Part shown: positions 26,629 to 36,530 of the stretch, piece after piece
Layout of the letters: each line of letters opens with the position of its first letter
How positions within the stretch are numbered: position 1 is the first letter of the stretch
From: an uncultured Candidatus Saccharibacteria bacterium
GTDB lineage: Bacteria > Patescibacteriota > Minisyncoccia > UBA6257 > 1-14-0-10-44-23
Assembly (NCBI GenBank): GCA_964641225.1
Contig: CAZXKC010000002.1
Span: 52,893 to 116,892 of the forward strand
Length of the DNA stretch: 64,000 nucleotides
Reading direction: 5' to 3'
The notes under the pieces: generated by a model
The model's database searches: none
What the model saw: the letters and a program-made list of their open reading frames with translations, nothing else
What the model was told of the DNA's origin: nothing
Made by a program: the position numbers and the translations under genes

Positions 26629-27867
26629 TTATAACCCACTTGGTCGGAAGACGGTAGCAACCCCCAGTGCATCAAAGATAAATTTAATAACGAGGTAGGA
26701 GACGGAGACATAGACCAAGCCCAAGATTGCTGTTTTGGCAACGGTGATGCCTTGGCTTACTTTCTCGCTGCTGCCGCCGGAGGTCATCACTTTAAAACCA
26801 GCGTAACCGATCATCAGGAAGATAATCGGCAAAATAATAACCGTCAGCCACTTGATGATGTTTTTAATCAGTTGCACGAATGCGTTCAGGCCGCAGGCGC
26901 CTGGTGTGTTTGGGGGAAGGACGGGGTCACACTGAGGGACTATGCCGCCGCCGGAATTTGTGTTGCTGCCGACTACGCCCGTATTAAGTTCTCTCAGGGC
27001 AACTTTAATACCATCTATACACCCACTTGTGTAGCTATTATTGTAGTCAATTTGTTTGTAGCCCTCGTTAATCGGAAGTTTATATTTAGCTTGTGGTGCT
27101 GTTGTGCAGTTTATGCCTAGTGAGTCGCCCTTAGTAATGACTTCGCGGTATCCATCTACGCAGCCAACTCTGTATCCCAGTGCCATTACGTCTGTGTCAG
27201 AGCCAACGAGTGTATTACAATTTCTGATTTTTGAAGAAATTGCCTGCATTTCTGCAGTAAAAGGAATGGAAACAAGCGGTATGCTGTTTCTGTAGTCTTC
27301 GTATGACCTGTTGTATCCTGCAAGACAGCCGCGGTTAGCGATGACATCAGTGTTATTGCAGATCGAGAAGGAGTCGGGTTTTTTGTCGGTATTAACCTGG
27401 TCGATATAGCCGTCAATGCAGCCTTGATTAAATCTGTTCTGCTCTGCGCTGCCAATAAGTGGGTTCGAGCTTGCATATTCACTGGCTTTATTGGTGAGCT
27501 GCTGGCAAATCCGAGCAACATCATCAAGCGTCATCTTTCGGTCTGCAAGTTTTGAGCTGGCAGTGACCGTATACAGCTCAGAGCCTTTCGCAAAGCCGTC
27601 ATAGCAGCCGTTTACCCAGTCAGTGGCATTTGCTCCTGAAGGAGCGGCAATTCGTACACAAAAAGAGTCCTTATCAGTCGCTCCGGTAATCGCGCGAGTG
27701 CAGCCGCTGGTGTATCCCTGTTGATAGCTTTGAGGGTTGCTGCTATTTGGAGTAGGGCAGGTTGCTGCGTCTGTTATCGCGGGAGTGTGTAACACTGCTG
27801 ATGCAAGAAACATTGCTGCAATGCTTGTGCGTACAATATATCTAGCTATTTTTTGAATTCGACGCAT
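26629..27867 (-). CDS. Large Cys-rich secreted protein with a C-terminal T4SS-pilin-like module, array member 1
   Basis: A ~330-aa Cys-rich extracellular region with repeated C..GY / GC.DGY motifs is followed by …IIKWLTVIILPIIFLMIGYAGFKVMTSGGSSEKVSQGITVAKTAILGLVYV…. Confidence 0.55.
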   Translation of the reverse strand: MRRIQKIARYIVRTSIAAMFLASAVLHTPAITDAATCPTPNSSNPQSYQQGYTSGCTRAITGATDKDSFCVRIAAPSGANATDWVNGCYDGFAKGSELYTVTASSKLADRKMTLDDVARICQQLTNKASEYASSNPLIGSAEQNRFNQGCIDGYIDQVNTDKKPDSFSICNNTDVIANRGCLAGYNRSYEDYRNSIPLVSIPFTAEMQAISSKIRNCNTLVGSDTDVMALGYRVGCVDGYREVITKGDSLGINCTTAPQAKYKLPINEGYKQIDYNNSYTSGCIDGIKVALRELNTGVVGSNTNSGGGIVPQCDPVLPPNTPGACGLNAFVQLIKNIIKWLTVIILPIIFLMIGYAGFKVMTSGGSSEKVSQGITVAKTAILGLVYVSVSYLVIKFIFDALGVATVFRPSGL

Positions 27868-27868
27868 A

Positions 27869-29182
27869 TTATTGCGCGGCTTTACGCTGCATAAGCGTGG
27901 TTATGTTTTCTTCCGCAAGTTTAAGCGCCTGCTCAATTGGCATCTGGGTTGCGTTGATCAGATCGATCATCTTGGTAAAGATGTAGTCAATGCTTGCGTC
28001 ATCAATTTTTGGCCAGCTCTGCGCAGTGAGAGCCTGACGCACAAATACGCCGATTTGCGGGTCGTTAAGGTTTGGCGTGATTAGTTCTCGTAGCGCCGGT
28101 GGGCGGCTAACGGCATTAAGGTATTTTCCGTTTGCCGTCGGCTCGAGGGTTGAATTTAAAATAAATTGCCAGGCAAGATTTGGGTCGGCTGTTTTTGAGG
28201 AGACGGCCAAGCCCCAGTAATTAGCATAGCTGATTGATTTTTTTGCCTGCGAAAACTGAGGAATTGGGATAACGCTGAAGGTTAAAAATGGATTCTTAGC
28301 TTTAATTGAGGGGATTTGATAGGCATAGTTAAAAATCATAGCCACTTTTTCTTCAGTGAAGGCGTCGAGTGAGTAGTGCTGCGCGCTATCCCAGGTATAT
28401 TGCGGCAGACGAGGATTCGCAAAGTCAGTATAAAACTGCACAGAGGCGGCGCCATTGGTTGCAGTTGCGAAGGTGGCTCGTGTTATTTGCGGACTGACCA
28501 TTTGTACGCCAAGTTGTAGCATGATTGCATTAAGCAGATCAGTGGCTTCATTGATATTGTTTGAACTGCCGCCAATAGCCGCCGCGGCTTGAGTGATCCG
28601 GCCCAGATTATCAGTCTTGCGCAGCTGCGGGATCATGTTTAAGAACTGCTCCCAGGTTGTAGGTGGCTGAGCAATGCCTGCCGCATCAAACATTTTTTGG
28701 TTATAAAACAGCGACAGTGTATCGATATATAACGGCAGTGCGTATGTTTGCCCGCCGGTCGTAAAGTCTTGCTCTACAATAGAAGGAAAGGCCGCACGTA
28801 ATGTTTCAATTGGGAAGTCTTTAGTCGGAAGCGGGACAACTTTGTCGTTGTGTTTAAGCAGCCAGCTGTTTTTAAACATAAAGACGTCCGGACCACTTCC
28901 TGCAGCAAGCGCATTAATTAAATCTTGTTCGTAGGTCCGGTCATCTATTTTTCGGTAGGTAATTTTTACCTGTGGATTTTTGGCAATAAAGTCGGCTATC
29001 AGCGTGCTGTTAACGGCCTGTTCAGTATCAAATACTCCCCACACGGTTAGGTTGCCTTTGAGGGTGCTGATGTTCTGCGTACTGCGTAAGCCCGGAATAA
29101 CACCTGTAAAAAGTAAAATAACTACGAGCGCAATTAGGAGAACGCCCCCAATTAAGATGAGTTGAGTTTTAGAAAATTGCAT
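27869..29182 (-). CDS. Membrane-anchored extracellular solute-binding protein (SBP family-1-like), orphan
   Basis: N-terminal TM anchor, then a typical SBP_bac_1 start …LKGNLTVWGVFDTEQAVNSTLIADFIAKNPQVKITY…. Its stop overlaps the start of the gene downstream on the minus strand. No permease or ATPase gene is adjacent. Confidence 0.6.
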   Translation of the reverse strand: MQFSKTQLILIGGVLLIALVVILLFTGVIPGLRSTQNISTLKGNLTVWGVFDTEQAVNSTLIADFIAKNPQVKITYRKIDDRTYEQDLINALAAGSGPDVFMFKNSWLLKHNDKVVPLPTKDFPIETLRAAFPSIVEQDFTTGGQTYALPLYIDTLSLFYNQKMFDAAGIAQPPTTWEQFLNMIPQLRKTDNLGRITQAAAAIGGSSNNINEATDLLNAIMLQLGVQMVSPQITRATFATATNGAASVQFYTDFANPRLPQYTWDSAQHYSLDAFTEEKVAMIFNYAYQIPSIKAKNPFLTFSVIPIPQFSQAKKSISYANYWGLAVSSKTADPNLAWQFILNSTLEPTANGKYLNAVSRPPALRELITPNLNDPQIGVFVRQALTAQSWPKIDDASIDYIFTKMIDLINATQMPIEQALKLAEENITTLMQRKAAQ

Positions 29183-29321
29183 GAAAATTTACAAATAAAT
29201 TCTCACCCCATGACATAGCCCGCACGGGCTTATCTTTTCGGGGTAACTCAATTTATTGTAGCACAATCTCAGTTAGATAGGCTTCGCCATCTAACGGGAT
29301 GAACGGCAGTAATTCTTCTGC

Positions 29322-31796
29322 TCAGAAGCAGATAATTCCGATGACCTGGTCGCCCTTCTCAACATTCATGATGCGTACGCCTTGTGTTGCGCGCGAGGCC
29401 GTTCTAATCGAGGCGATTTCAGTGCGGATAACCTGGCCTTTTGCTGAAAGCGCAATTAATTCTTTTTCCGCCGATACAACGCGCGCATCCATAACCGGAC
29501 CGGTTTTTGTAGTCACTTCAGCCGTCTTAATACCTGATCCACCGCGGCTTTGCAGGCGATATTGTCCAAGTGCTGTTTGTTTCCCGTAGCCATTAGACAT
29601 AACTACGAGTAGACGATGATCTTTTGAGTCAGTTTTAGTGATCAAATTCATCGAACTGACAAAATCCTTTCCTTTGAGTTTGATGGCAGTAACACCCGAG
29701 GCGGTGCGACCCATTGCGCGAACTTGTTTTTCAGGGAAGCGAATAGACTGGCCGTCGTGCGTGGTGATAATTACTTCATCGCTGCCACCCGAAAGATTGA
29801 CCCATTTGAGTTCGTCTTCTTTGCGCAGGCCGATTGCGATAATGCCTGATTTACGGACGTTCTGGAAGTCAGCCAAGGCTGTTTTTTTGATCATGCCTTT
29901 GACTGTTGCCATCATCAAGAACTGATTTGCCAGATCTTTTTCTTTGACTGTATTCGGGTAGGTGATGATTGCATTAACGCGTTCCTCAAGCGGCATTTCT
30001 AAGAAGTTGTGAACAGGCTTGCCCTTGCTTTGGCGGCTAGCAGCAGGAAGTTCCCAAACCTTTGTTTGGAAGACGCGGCCGCGATCAGTGAAGAATAAGA
30101 TATTGTCGTGCGTGTGGGCAAAGGAAATGTGAGCGATAAAGTCGTCGTCGGCAACATCAGAGCCGATTAGGCCCTTGCCGCCGCGATTTTGTACTTTAAA
30201 GCTGCCTGGCGGAACGCGCTTAATATAGCCGCTCTGCGAAAGAGTAATGATTGTTTCTTCGTTGGCGATCAAGTCTTCTTCGGCAAAATCTTTGATGCCG
30301 CCGGCAACCAGCCGAGTGCGTCGTTCATCGCCAAAGCGCTCTTTAACCTCCTTAAGTTCAGTTTTAATCACCGTGAGAATTTTTGCCGCACTTTTGAGGA
30401 GCGATTCAAGGTCTTCAATGAGCGCTCGCTTTTCTTTGAGCTCGTTTTCGATTTTATAACGCTCGAGGCTAGCCAGCGTTGCCAGCTTGGTGTCCAAAAT
30501 TGCCGTTGCCTGTAAGTCGCTAAACTTAAACTGCTTCATCAAATTCGTGTGTGCCTCTTCGCGATTTTCTGCTTTGCGGATTAGCGCGATAATCTTGTCG
30601 ATATTTGAAAGCGCCTTTTCAAGACCTTCTAAAATATGTTCACGCTCTTTGGCTTTTTTCAGATCAAATTCTGCGCGGCGTTTAACGACGAGTTTGCGGT
30701 GTTCGATAAAGGCAACCAGCATGTCTTTAAGCGACATGACTTGAGGCTGTAGTCCGCCGTCGCCGAGGGCCACCATGTTCACTGCAAAGTTTTTCTGCAG
30801 ATCAGTGTACTCAAAGAGCTGGTTTAAGATTTTTTGCGGGTTGGCATCATTTTTTAATTCAATAACGATCGACATACCATGCTTGTCGCTCTCGTCGCGG
30901 ATGTCCCGCACGCCTTCAATTTTTTTGTCGGTGACCAGTTCAGCCATGCGCATCAGCAACTCTGATTTATTCACCTGATACGGAATCTCGGTGATTTCAA
31001 TGTCGTAGCCCTTGCCGCCTTTGCGTTCTTTGATTTCTGCCACGCCGCGCATAGTAATCGGACCCTTGCCGGTTGTGTAGGCTTGCAAAATGTCTTTTTT
31101 GTTGTAAATTACGCCGCCGGTCGGGAAGTCTGGGCCTTTTACGAATTCAACTAGTTCTTCCGTGGTTGCCTTTGGGTTATCGGCTAGATGCAGTGTCGCG
31201 TCTACGACCTCAGTCAAGTTGTGCGGCGGAATGTTTGTCGCCATACCAACGGCGATACCGGCTGTACCGTTGAGCAGCAGGCTTGGTAATTTCGTCGGCA
31301 AAAATTTTGGCTCCTGTTTCGTGCCCGAATAGTTTGGCGCCCAATCGACTGTTTCTTTATCGATGTCACCTAGGAGCGCCTCTGAGACACGCGCAAGTTT
31401 TGTTTCGGTGTAACGATATGCAGCCGCCTCATCGCCGTCGATAGAACCCCAGTTGCCCTGGCCAATACACAGCGGGTAGCGGAACGAGAAGTCTTGCACC
31501 ATGCGGACAATCGTCTGGTAAATCGAGGAGTCTCCGTGCGGGTGATATTTACCCATGACCTCACCGACGATGTCGGCTGATTTTCGAAATTTTGCATCAG
31601 CAGTTACCCCCGAGTCCCACATGCCCCAGAGAATACGGCGTTGCACCGGCTTTAATCCGTCGCGTACATCCGGAAGTGCACGGGCGACAATAACGCTCAT
31701 CGCATAATCTAAATACGATTCCTTGAGTTCCTCGGTAATCTCGCGCGGCTCTATGTCTTTGGGCTGCTTTGGTTTTGTTTCTTCTGTGTCGGCCAT
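29322..31796 (-). CDS. gyrA: DNA gyrase subunit A
   Basis: …[28 protein letters not shown]…[10 protein letters not shown] (active-site Tyr region). 824 aa. Confidence 0.9.
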   Translation of the reverse strand: MADTEETKPKQPKDIEPREITEELKESYLDYAMSVIVARALPDVRDGLKPVQRRILWGMWDSGVTADAKFRKSADIVGEVMGKYHPHGDSSIYQTIVRMVQDFSFRYPLCIGQGNWGSIDGDEAAAYRYTETKLARVSEALLGDIDKETVDWAPNYSGTKQEPKFLPTKLPSLLLNGTAGIAVGMATNIPPHNLTEVVDATLHLADNPKATTEELVEFVKGPDFPTGGVIYNKKDILQAYTTGKGPITMRGVAEIKERKGGKGYDIEITEIPYQVNKSELLMRMAELVTDKKIEGVRDIRDESDKHGMSIVIELKNDANPQKILNQLFEYTDLQKNFAVNMVALGDGGLQPQVMSLKDMLVAFIEHRKLVVKRRAEFDLKKAKEREHILEGLEKALSNIDKIIALIRKAENREEAHTNLMKQFKFSDLQATAILDTKLATLASLERYKIENELKEKRALIEDLESLLKSAAKILTVIKTELKEVKERFGDERRTRLVAGGIKDFAEEDLIANEETIITLSQSGYIKRVPPGSFKVQNRGGKGLIGSDVADDDFIAHISFAHTHDNILFFTDRGRVFQTKVWELPAASRQSKGKPVHNFLEMPLEERVNAIITYPNTVKEKDLANQFLMMATVKGMIKKTALADFQNVRKSGIIAIGLRKEDELKWVNLSGGSDEVIITTHDGQSIRFPEKQVRAMGRTASGVTAIKLKGKDFVSSMNLITKTDSKDHRLLVVMSNGYGKQTALGQYRLQSRGGSGIKTAEVTTKTGPVMDARVVSAEKELIALSAKGQVIRTEIASIRTASRATQGVRIMNVEKGDQVIGIICF

Positions 31797-31802
31797 ATTG
31801 GT

Positions 31803-32114
31803 TTATTGACTAGTTGAGGTGGTGGTCGTTGGCGTCAGTTCTAATGGTGGCTGCGAGGTTTTTTCTTTAAAGTAGTGAATCGTGTTGCTAATTCCATTTT
31901 TAAAATCCGAGAATCCTTGTTTGAAAGTGGTGCTAATCGAGGAGAACATCATGCTGCTACTTGATTCCTGCGGTGCTGCTACGCTCGAGGTAATATGTTT
32001 AATGCCTCCTATCCATATAATGAGTACGAAGACGCCTGATAGGGAGGATAAGATGATCAGCCAGCGCACCCGCGTTTTCCGATCAGCCTGTTGAATGGTA
32101 TCAAGTGAGAGCAT
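31803..32114 (-). CDS. Small membrane protein
   Basis: TM helix (WLIILSSLSGVFVLIIWIGGI), then an S/T-rich tail. Its stop lies 6 bp from the gyrA start. Confidence 0.45.
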   Translation of the reverse strand: MLSLDTIQQADRKTRVRWLIILSSLSGVFVLIIWIGGIKHITSSVAAPQESSSSMMFSSISTTFKQGFSDFKNGISNTIHYFKEKTSQPPLELTPTTTTSTSQ

Positions 32115-32119
32115 GGCTA

Positions 32120-32755
32120 TTAGAGTGTAAGAAGTGCAACCTGCATTTTTTCTCCGAGCTCCTTCTTTTTAATTGAAACTTTTTCTACCGGCTCGCTCTT
32201 GAGGCCAAGTTGCTTGAGAAAGTCCGCCGCATCATCGCTTTTTCGTTTTAGTCCGGCTACCTTAAAGAATGAGGGGATTACGAGTCGCGGATCAATTTGA
32301 CGTATTAATTTTGCCGCCGCCTCTTGGGTGATATATGGAGCGCCGCCGCCGGGCACAATTAAAATATCAATATCGCCAAGCTCTTCGAGAATCTCCGGAT
32401 CATTGAATTCTGCGAGATGACCAAGTAGTCCTACCGAAAGATCATCGGTTTTGATTTTAAATACGGAGCGCAGCATCTCTTTATCGCTGCCTCCTTTGAG
32501 CGGCCAGCCCGTAATTTGAATCCCTTTTACCTCGTATTCGCCCGGACCGGCGATTACAACAGCGCCATCGTCGTCGTGCGTCCCAACAGGCTTTTCGTCT
32601 TCCGGCGAAATCGGATTTAGCAGAGTCTTGAGGACAATATCTGTTTTAAAACGCGGCGCAGAAAGACCGGTGTAGTTTTCGATCGGATCGGTCGTGATCG
32701 TTACGCCATTTTCAACAATTTTAAAGCACCCCTCGCCGTACCAGTTTATGGTCAT
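32120..32755 (-). CDS. UPF0173/YtkL-like metallo-beta-lactamase-fold protein with an apparently degenerate HxHxDH motif
   Basis: N-terminus WYGEGCFKIVENGVTITTDP and C-terminal …DILIVPGGGAPYITQEAAAKLIRQIDPRLVIPSFF… fit this fold. THDDDG stands where HxHxDH is expected. Confidence 0.45.
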   Translation of the reverse strand: MTINWYGEGCFKIVENGVTITTDPIENYTGLSAPRFKTDIVLKTLLNPISPEDEKPVGTHDDDGAVVIAGPGEYEVKGIQITGWPLKGGSDKEMLRSVFKIKTDDLSVGLLGHLAEFNDPEILEELGDIDILIVPGGGAPYITQEAAAKLIRQIDPRLVIPSFFKVAGLKRKSDDAADFLKQLGLKSEPVEKVSIKKKELGEKMQVALLTL

Positions 32756-33008
32756 AGTAGACAGTAGTTAGTAGTATAGTAGTCAGCAGATGCAAAAACA
32801 ATGAATCTATTTTAGCAAAAAAAGACGAAAGGCGCAACTTTATTTTTTGACCGGCAGTGAAAATGTGAGCATGATTTTTACGTAGAAAAATCGTTTTTTT
32901 GCTCAGCTTTTCTTATTTATCGACGATACCCGATTTTGACAAAATATATCACTTATGATATATTATTTTCCACTCTGCGCCATGGTGGCGTTGAGTAGGG
33001 AGGTTTTC

Positions 33009-33332
33009 GTGAAAGATCGAAGGGTATGGATTGAGTTGGTCATTCTGGTCGCATGCATCGTCGTTCTGGTGGCCGTGCCGGAGCTGATCAGGTTCCGCCT
33101 ACCGCTGGTATCGGCGGCGCTGGTTGTGGCGCTGATTGTCGGCGTCTACCGGTGTCTCTTCAAGCAGCCGTCCTGTGCGATGCGCGAGCAGACGGCTCGG
33201 TTCGCACGGGGAGAGCTGGGGCATGAGCATTTCGAACACGCCTCATTCCATCTGGGGAGGTGTCAACGTTGCAGTTCTGATTTCGGCGAGATCTCCAAGG
33301 AGAAGATGCACTTCGAAGGGAGTGCATCATGA
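33009..33332 (+). CDS. Hypothetical small membrane protein with a C-terminal CxxC…H-rich segment, on a GC-rich island
   Basis: RBS gggagg, then GTG. Hydrophobic helices VILVACIVVLVAV / ALVVALIVGVY, then …HEHFEHASFHLGRCQRCSS…. Confidence 0.4.
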   Translation: MKDRRVWIELVILVACIVVLVAVPELIRFRLPLVSAALVVALIVGVYRCLFKQPSCAMREQTARFARGELGHEHFEHASFHLGRCQRCSSDFGEISKEKMHFEGSAS

Positions 33333-33742
33333 AGGCGAGCTTGAATCTGTGCACAGTACTGCTTCTGGTGGGCGTGGCAGGTGGGTATGCCATGGGCAGC
33401 CACGACTTCACCCCGCCGGACGCTCAGGCAACGATCACCTCGTTGACTGCCGATCTCAAGGTGCAGAAGGAGCAGGTCGCGTCGCTCACCGCACTGCTGG
33501 CGACCTACCGGAGTCGCGTTGGCTACCTGTGCATCTCGCTCAAGTCGGTTCCTCCGGGGATGAACAAGCTCGATGTCTCTCCCAGGGGTATCTTCGCGGT
33601 CTGCACGCAGGCTCTCGAAGAGACGCGTGAGCCGCGGGCCAAAACCATCGACGTTCTCGAGGTTGACCCCGAAGGCAAGCTCATCGGCATCTATGTGCCG
33701 GGCATGCAGGCGGTGATGATCGGTATACCACCCGGGAAGTAA
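33329..33742 (+). CDS. Hypothetical secreted protein on a GC-rich island
   Basis: Signal peptide MKASLNLCTVLLLVGVAGG. The ATGA overlap with the upstream gene suggests translational coupling. GC content is about 60%. Confidence 0.5.
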   Translation: MKASLNLCTVLLLVGVAGGYAMGSHDFTPPDAQATITSLTADLKVQKEQVASLTALLATYRSRVGYLCISLKSVPPGMNKLDVSPRGIFAVCTQALEETREPRAKTIDVLEVDPEGKLIGIYVPGMQAVMIGIPPGK

Positions 33743-34462
33743 GGAAGGAGTGATTATGCAGCATGATATCTCGTGAATTGTGCGACACGATGCAGTGAGT
33801 TCGCACGCAGCACTGTAGGGCCGTCCAAAAGACGGCCTTCAGTATTTTTATACGATGTATTTGAGGAGGTGTTTTGTACCCCTTGACAATAATTTAAAAG
33901 GGTGCTATGATGTAATTACATCGCTTTGCCAGGCGATTGATCGCGTGTCCGTGTGGACACGTATTCGTATTCGGCAGGTGATATCCTCAAGAGGAGGAAG
34001 CCCATGAGGACGCATTCGTTGTCTCCGCCGTGCTCGCGCACGGACATGTTCCTCGAACTCTGAACGACGCCGGCGCCACGACCACGTTTCCATCGCGATT
34101 CTGAACAGGCTTCGAGCGTTCGCTCGATCGCTTCCTGGAAGGGTCCAAGATGGAACGCCACCAGTGCCATGGTGCACAAAAGAGAAGGGAGAAGACACGT
34201 GATCCATCGCATGCATCTGTTCTAGATGAGCGTCGTGCAACAAGCACGACGCGCCAGGCTCCAACATCCCAGAGGGGAAGAATCATGCGTGCGCAGGGCA
34301 AGTGATCTGAGCACCGATTAGCAGGAGGGGCTTGCCAAAGATTATGCCGAAAGGTGTAATCCCGGTTGTTTCGGAAATGTCCTGCTTTAAAGGTTTTATC
34401 AGGCCGCACTGCGCCCGGAAACTCTACGAGAGTCTCCGGGCGCAGCTACTTTTGGAATTAGA

Positions 34463-34487
34463 AAAAACCGCCCTTAGGCGGTTTTTT
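34463..34487. terminator. Bidirectional rho-independent terminator; the thrS stop codon sits inside the hairpin loop
   Basis: aaaaaaccgcccttaggcggtttttt. Confidence 0.65.
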
Positions 34488-36222
34488 CGTTGATCTCCAT
34501 TTTCAGGCGCTTAACCAGATCCTGCACAGAAAGTTTTCCTAAATCTTCAGCGCGGCGTTTGGCCGCAACTGTCTTTGCATTCATTTCTTCTTCGCCAACA
34601 ACCAGTGCATACGGAATTTTTTCCATTTGCGCGGCACGAATTCGTTTACCAAGAGTTTCAGATGCATCTGCGAGCTCGGCGCGAATGCCGGCGGCTTTTA
34701 ATTCTTTTAGAACCTGTTCTCCATAGCTTTGGAATTTTTCTGACACGGCGATAATGCGCGCCTGTACGGGGGCAAGCCAGAGAGGGAAGTGCCCGGCGTA
34801 ATGTTCGATAAGAATCGCCATAAAGCGTTCGAGTGAGCCGGAGATCGCGCGGTGGACCATGACGGGGCGCTGCTTGGTTCCATCGGCGGCGGTATATTCT
34901 AATTCAAATCGTTCCGGCTGATTAAAATCAAGTTGCGCGGTTGCTAATTGCCACTCGCGTCCAATCGCATCTTTAGCCATGAAGTCAATTTTTGGTCCAT
35001 AGAAAGCAGCCTCTCCGACTCCGAGTTCGTATTCTTTTCCGAGTGACTTAAGAACATCTTTCAGAGCATCAACAGATTTTTCCCACATCGCCTGAGTACC
35101 CAAATATTTTTCCGGTTTTGCCGGATCATTGACCGACAGGCGAATGCGCAGCGGCATGTTAAAGGCGTTGTAAAAAGCCGTGATTGTATCGTGAATTGCT
35201 TTGACCTCGTGTTTAACCTGATCCATGGTGCAGAAAATATGCGCGTCGTCTTGAGTAATCGAACGCACGCGAGAAAGCCCGGCGAGTTGACCGGTGTTTT
35301 CATCGCGGTAGACGGTGGTTACCTCAGAGTAGCGAATAGGTAGATCGCGATAGCTGCGCGGTTTTGAGGCATAAATTTGCGTGTGATGCGGGCAGTTCAT
35401 CGGCTTCATGATAAATGCATCCTCGCTTTTTTTACTGGTGACGTGGAAAATATCATCGGCAAATTTATCGTAATGGCCGGAGGCTTTGTAGAGATCGGCT
35501 TTAGCCATGTGCGGAATAGTCACGCGCTGGTAGCCATGTGGCTCCATCAAACCCCAGACAAATTCCTGCAGTAGTTGACGCAGTAGTGTTCCGCGCGGCG
35601 TAAACATCGGCAGGCCTGAGCCAACGAGCGGGGAGAAGGTGAACAAATCTAATTCTTGACCTAGCTTTCTGTGATCGCGTTTTTCCGCCTCGGCTATCAT
35701 GGTCAGATATGCATCAAGGTCGGCCTTGGTTGCAAATGCTACGCCGTAAATACGGGTGAGTTGCGCATTTTTTTCATCACCGCGCCAATAGGCGCCGGCG
35801 AGTTTGGTGAGCTTAAACGAATCCGGATCAATCTCTGAGGTATTTTCAATGTGGCCGCCGCGGCAGAGATCTTCAAAGATCTCGCCGGTTTTGTAGCTGG
35901 TTAACGTACGCCCTTCCTTTGTATATTCTTCAATTAAATCGAGCTTAAATGGCTGCTGCGCATATTTTCTACGTAACTCATCGGCATTCATCTCGGTTCC
36001 GGAAAAGGCAATCTTGCCGCCGACAAACTTTTTCATCTGCTTCTCTAAGTCTTTCAGGTCAGCGTCGCTGATCGGCTGGGCAAATTGGAAATCATAATAA
36101 AATCCGTTTTCGATCACAGGGCCGATACCGAGCTTGGTGTCGGGCCATTTTTTTAACACCGCTGCAGCGAGCAGATGGGCGAGTGAGTGGCGAATATTGT
36201 CGAGATTGTGTTCGGAGTGCAT
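34474..36222 (-). CDS. thrS: Threonine--tRNA ligase, short N-terminus
   Basis: …RHSLAHLLAAAV… (editing-domain region), class-II core, and C-terminal anticodon-binding domain. 582 aa. Confidence 0.9.
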   Translation of the reverse strand: MHSEHNLDNIRHSLAHLLAAAVLKKWPDTKLGIGPVIENGFYYDFQFAQPISDADLKDLEKQMKKFVGGKIAFSGTEMNADELRRKYAQQPFKLDLIEEYTKEGRTLTSYKTGEIFEDLCRGGHIENTSEIDPDSFKLTKLAGAYWRGDEKNAQLTRIYGVAFATKADLDAYLTMIAEAEKRDHRKLGQELDLFTFSPLVGSGLPMFTPRGTLLRQLLQEFVWGLMEPHGYQRVTIPHMAKADLYKASGHYDKFADDIFHVTSKKSEDAFIMKPMNCPHHTQIYASKPRSYRDLPIRYSEVTTVYRDENTGQLAGLSRVRSITQDDAHIFCTMDQVKHEVKAIHDTITAFYNAFNMPLRIRLSVNDPAKPEKYLGTQAMWEKSVDALKDVLKSLGKEYELGVGEAAFYGPKIDFMAKDAIGREWQLATAQLDFNQPERFELEYTAADGTKQRPVMVHRAISGSLERFMAILIEHYAGHFPLWLAPVQARIIAVSEKFQSYGEQVLKELKAAGIRAELADASETLGKRIRAAQMEKIPYALVVGEEEMNAKTVAAKRRAEDLGKLSVQDLVKRLKMEINEKTA

Positions 36223-36496
36223 AAACGTAAGTGTAGCGGGAAATACGGGCTATTTCAATGCGGCGATGAGCATGCAGCGTTTTATAAGTTCCTTGTTATT
36301 GAGTTCGTCCCATGCTGTGAAAGGTCGAAGCGTATTAATATCTTAATCACACTACATGGCAACACAAGCGCAGCGAGAGGCGGCGCGTCGCAATATAAAG
36401 AAGGCTCAGGCGGCTCGCCGCCGAGGTGGATCACAGAATAATCGGAATACTGGTACTAATAGTCGTAGAAATGATGATATGTAATATCACATAACG

Positions 36497-36525
36497 AAAA
36501 CAGCCCTGCAGAGATGGGCTGTTTT
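36497..36525 (-). terminator. Rho-independent terminator of dnaE
   Basis: aaaacagccctgcagagatgggctgtttt. Confidence 0.6.
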
Positions 36526-36530
36526 CGTTA

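Noticed and set aside
29299-31597. Many 60-110-aa ORFs antisense or out of frame within gyrA, dnaE, thrS, smc and ftsI
   Set aside because: They are embedded in long, well-supported housekeeping genes and are shadow ORFs.
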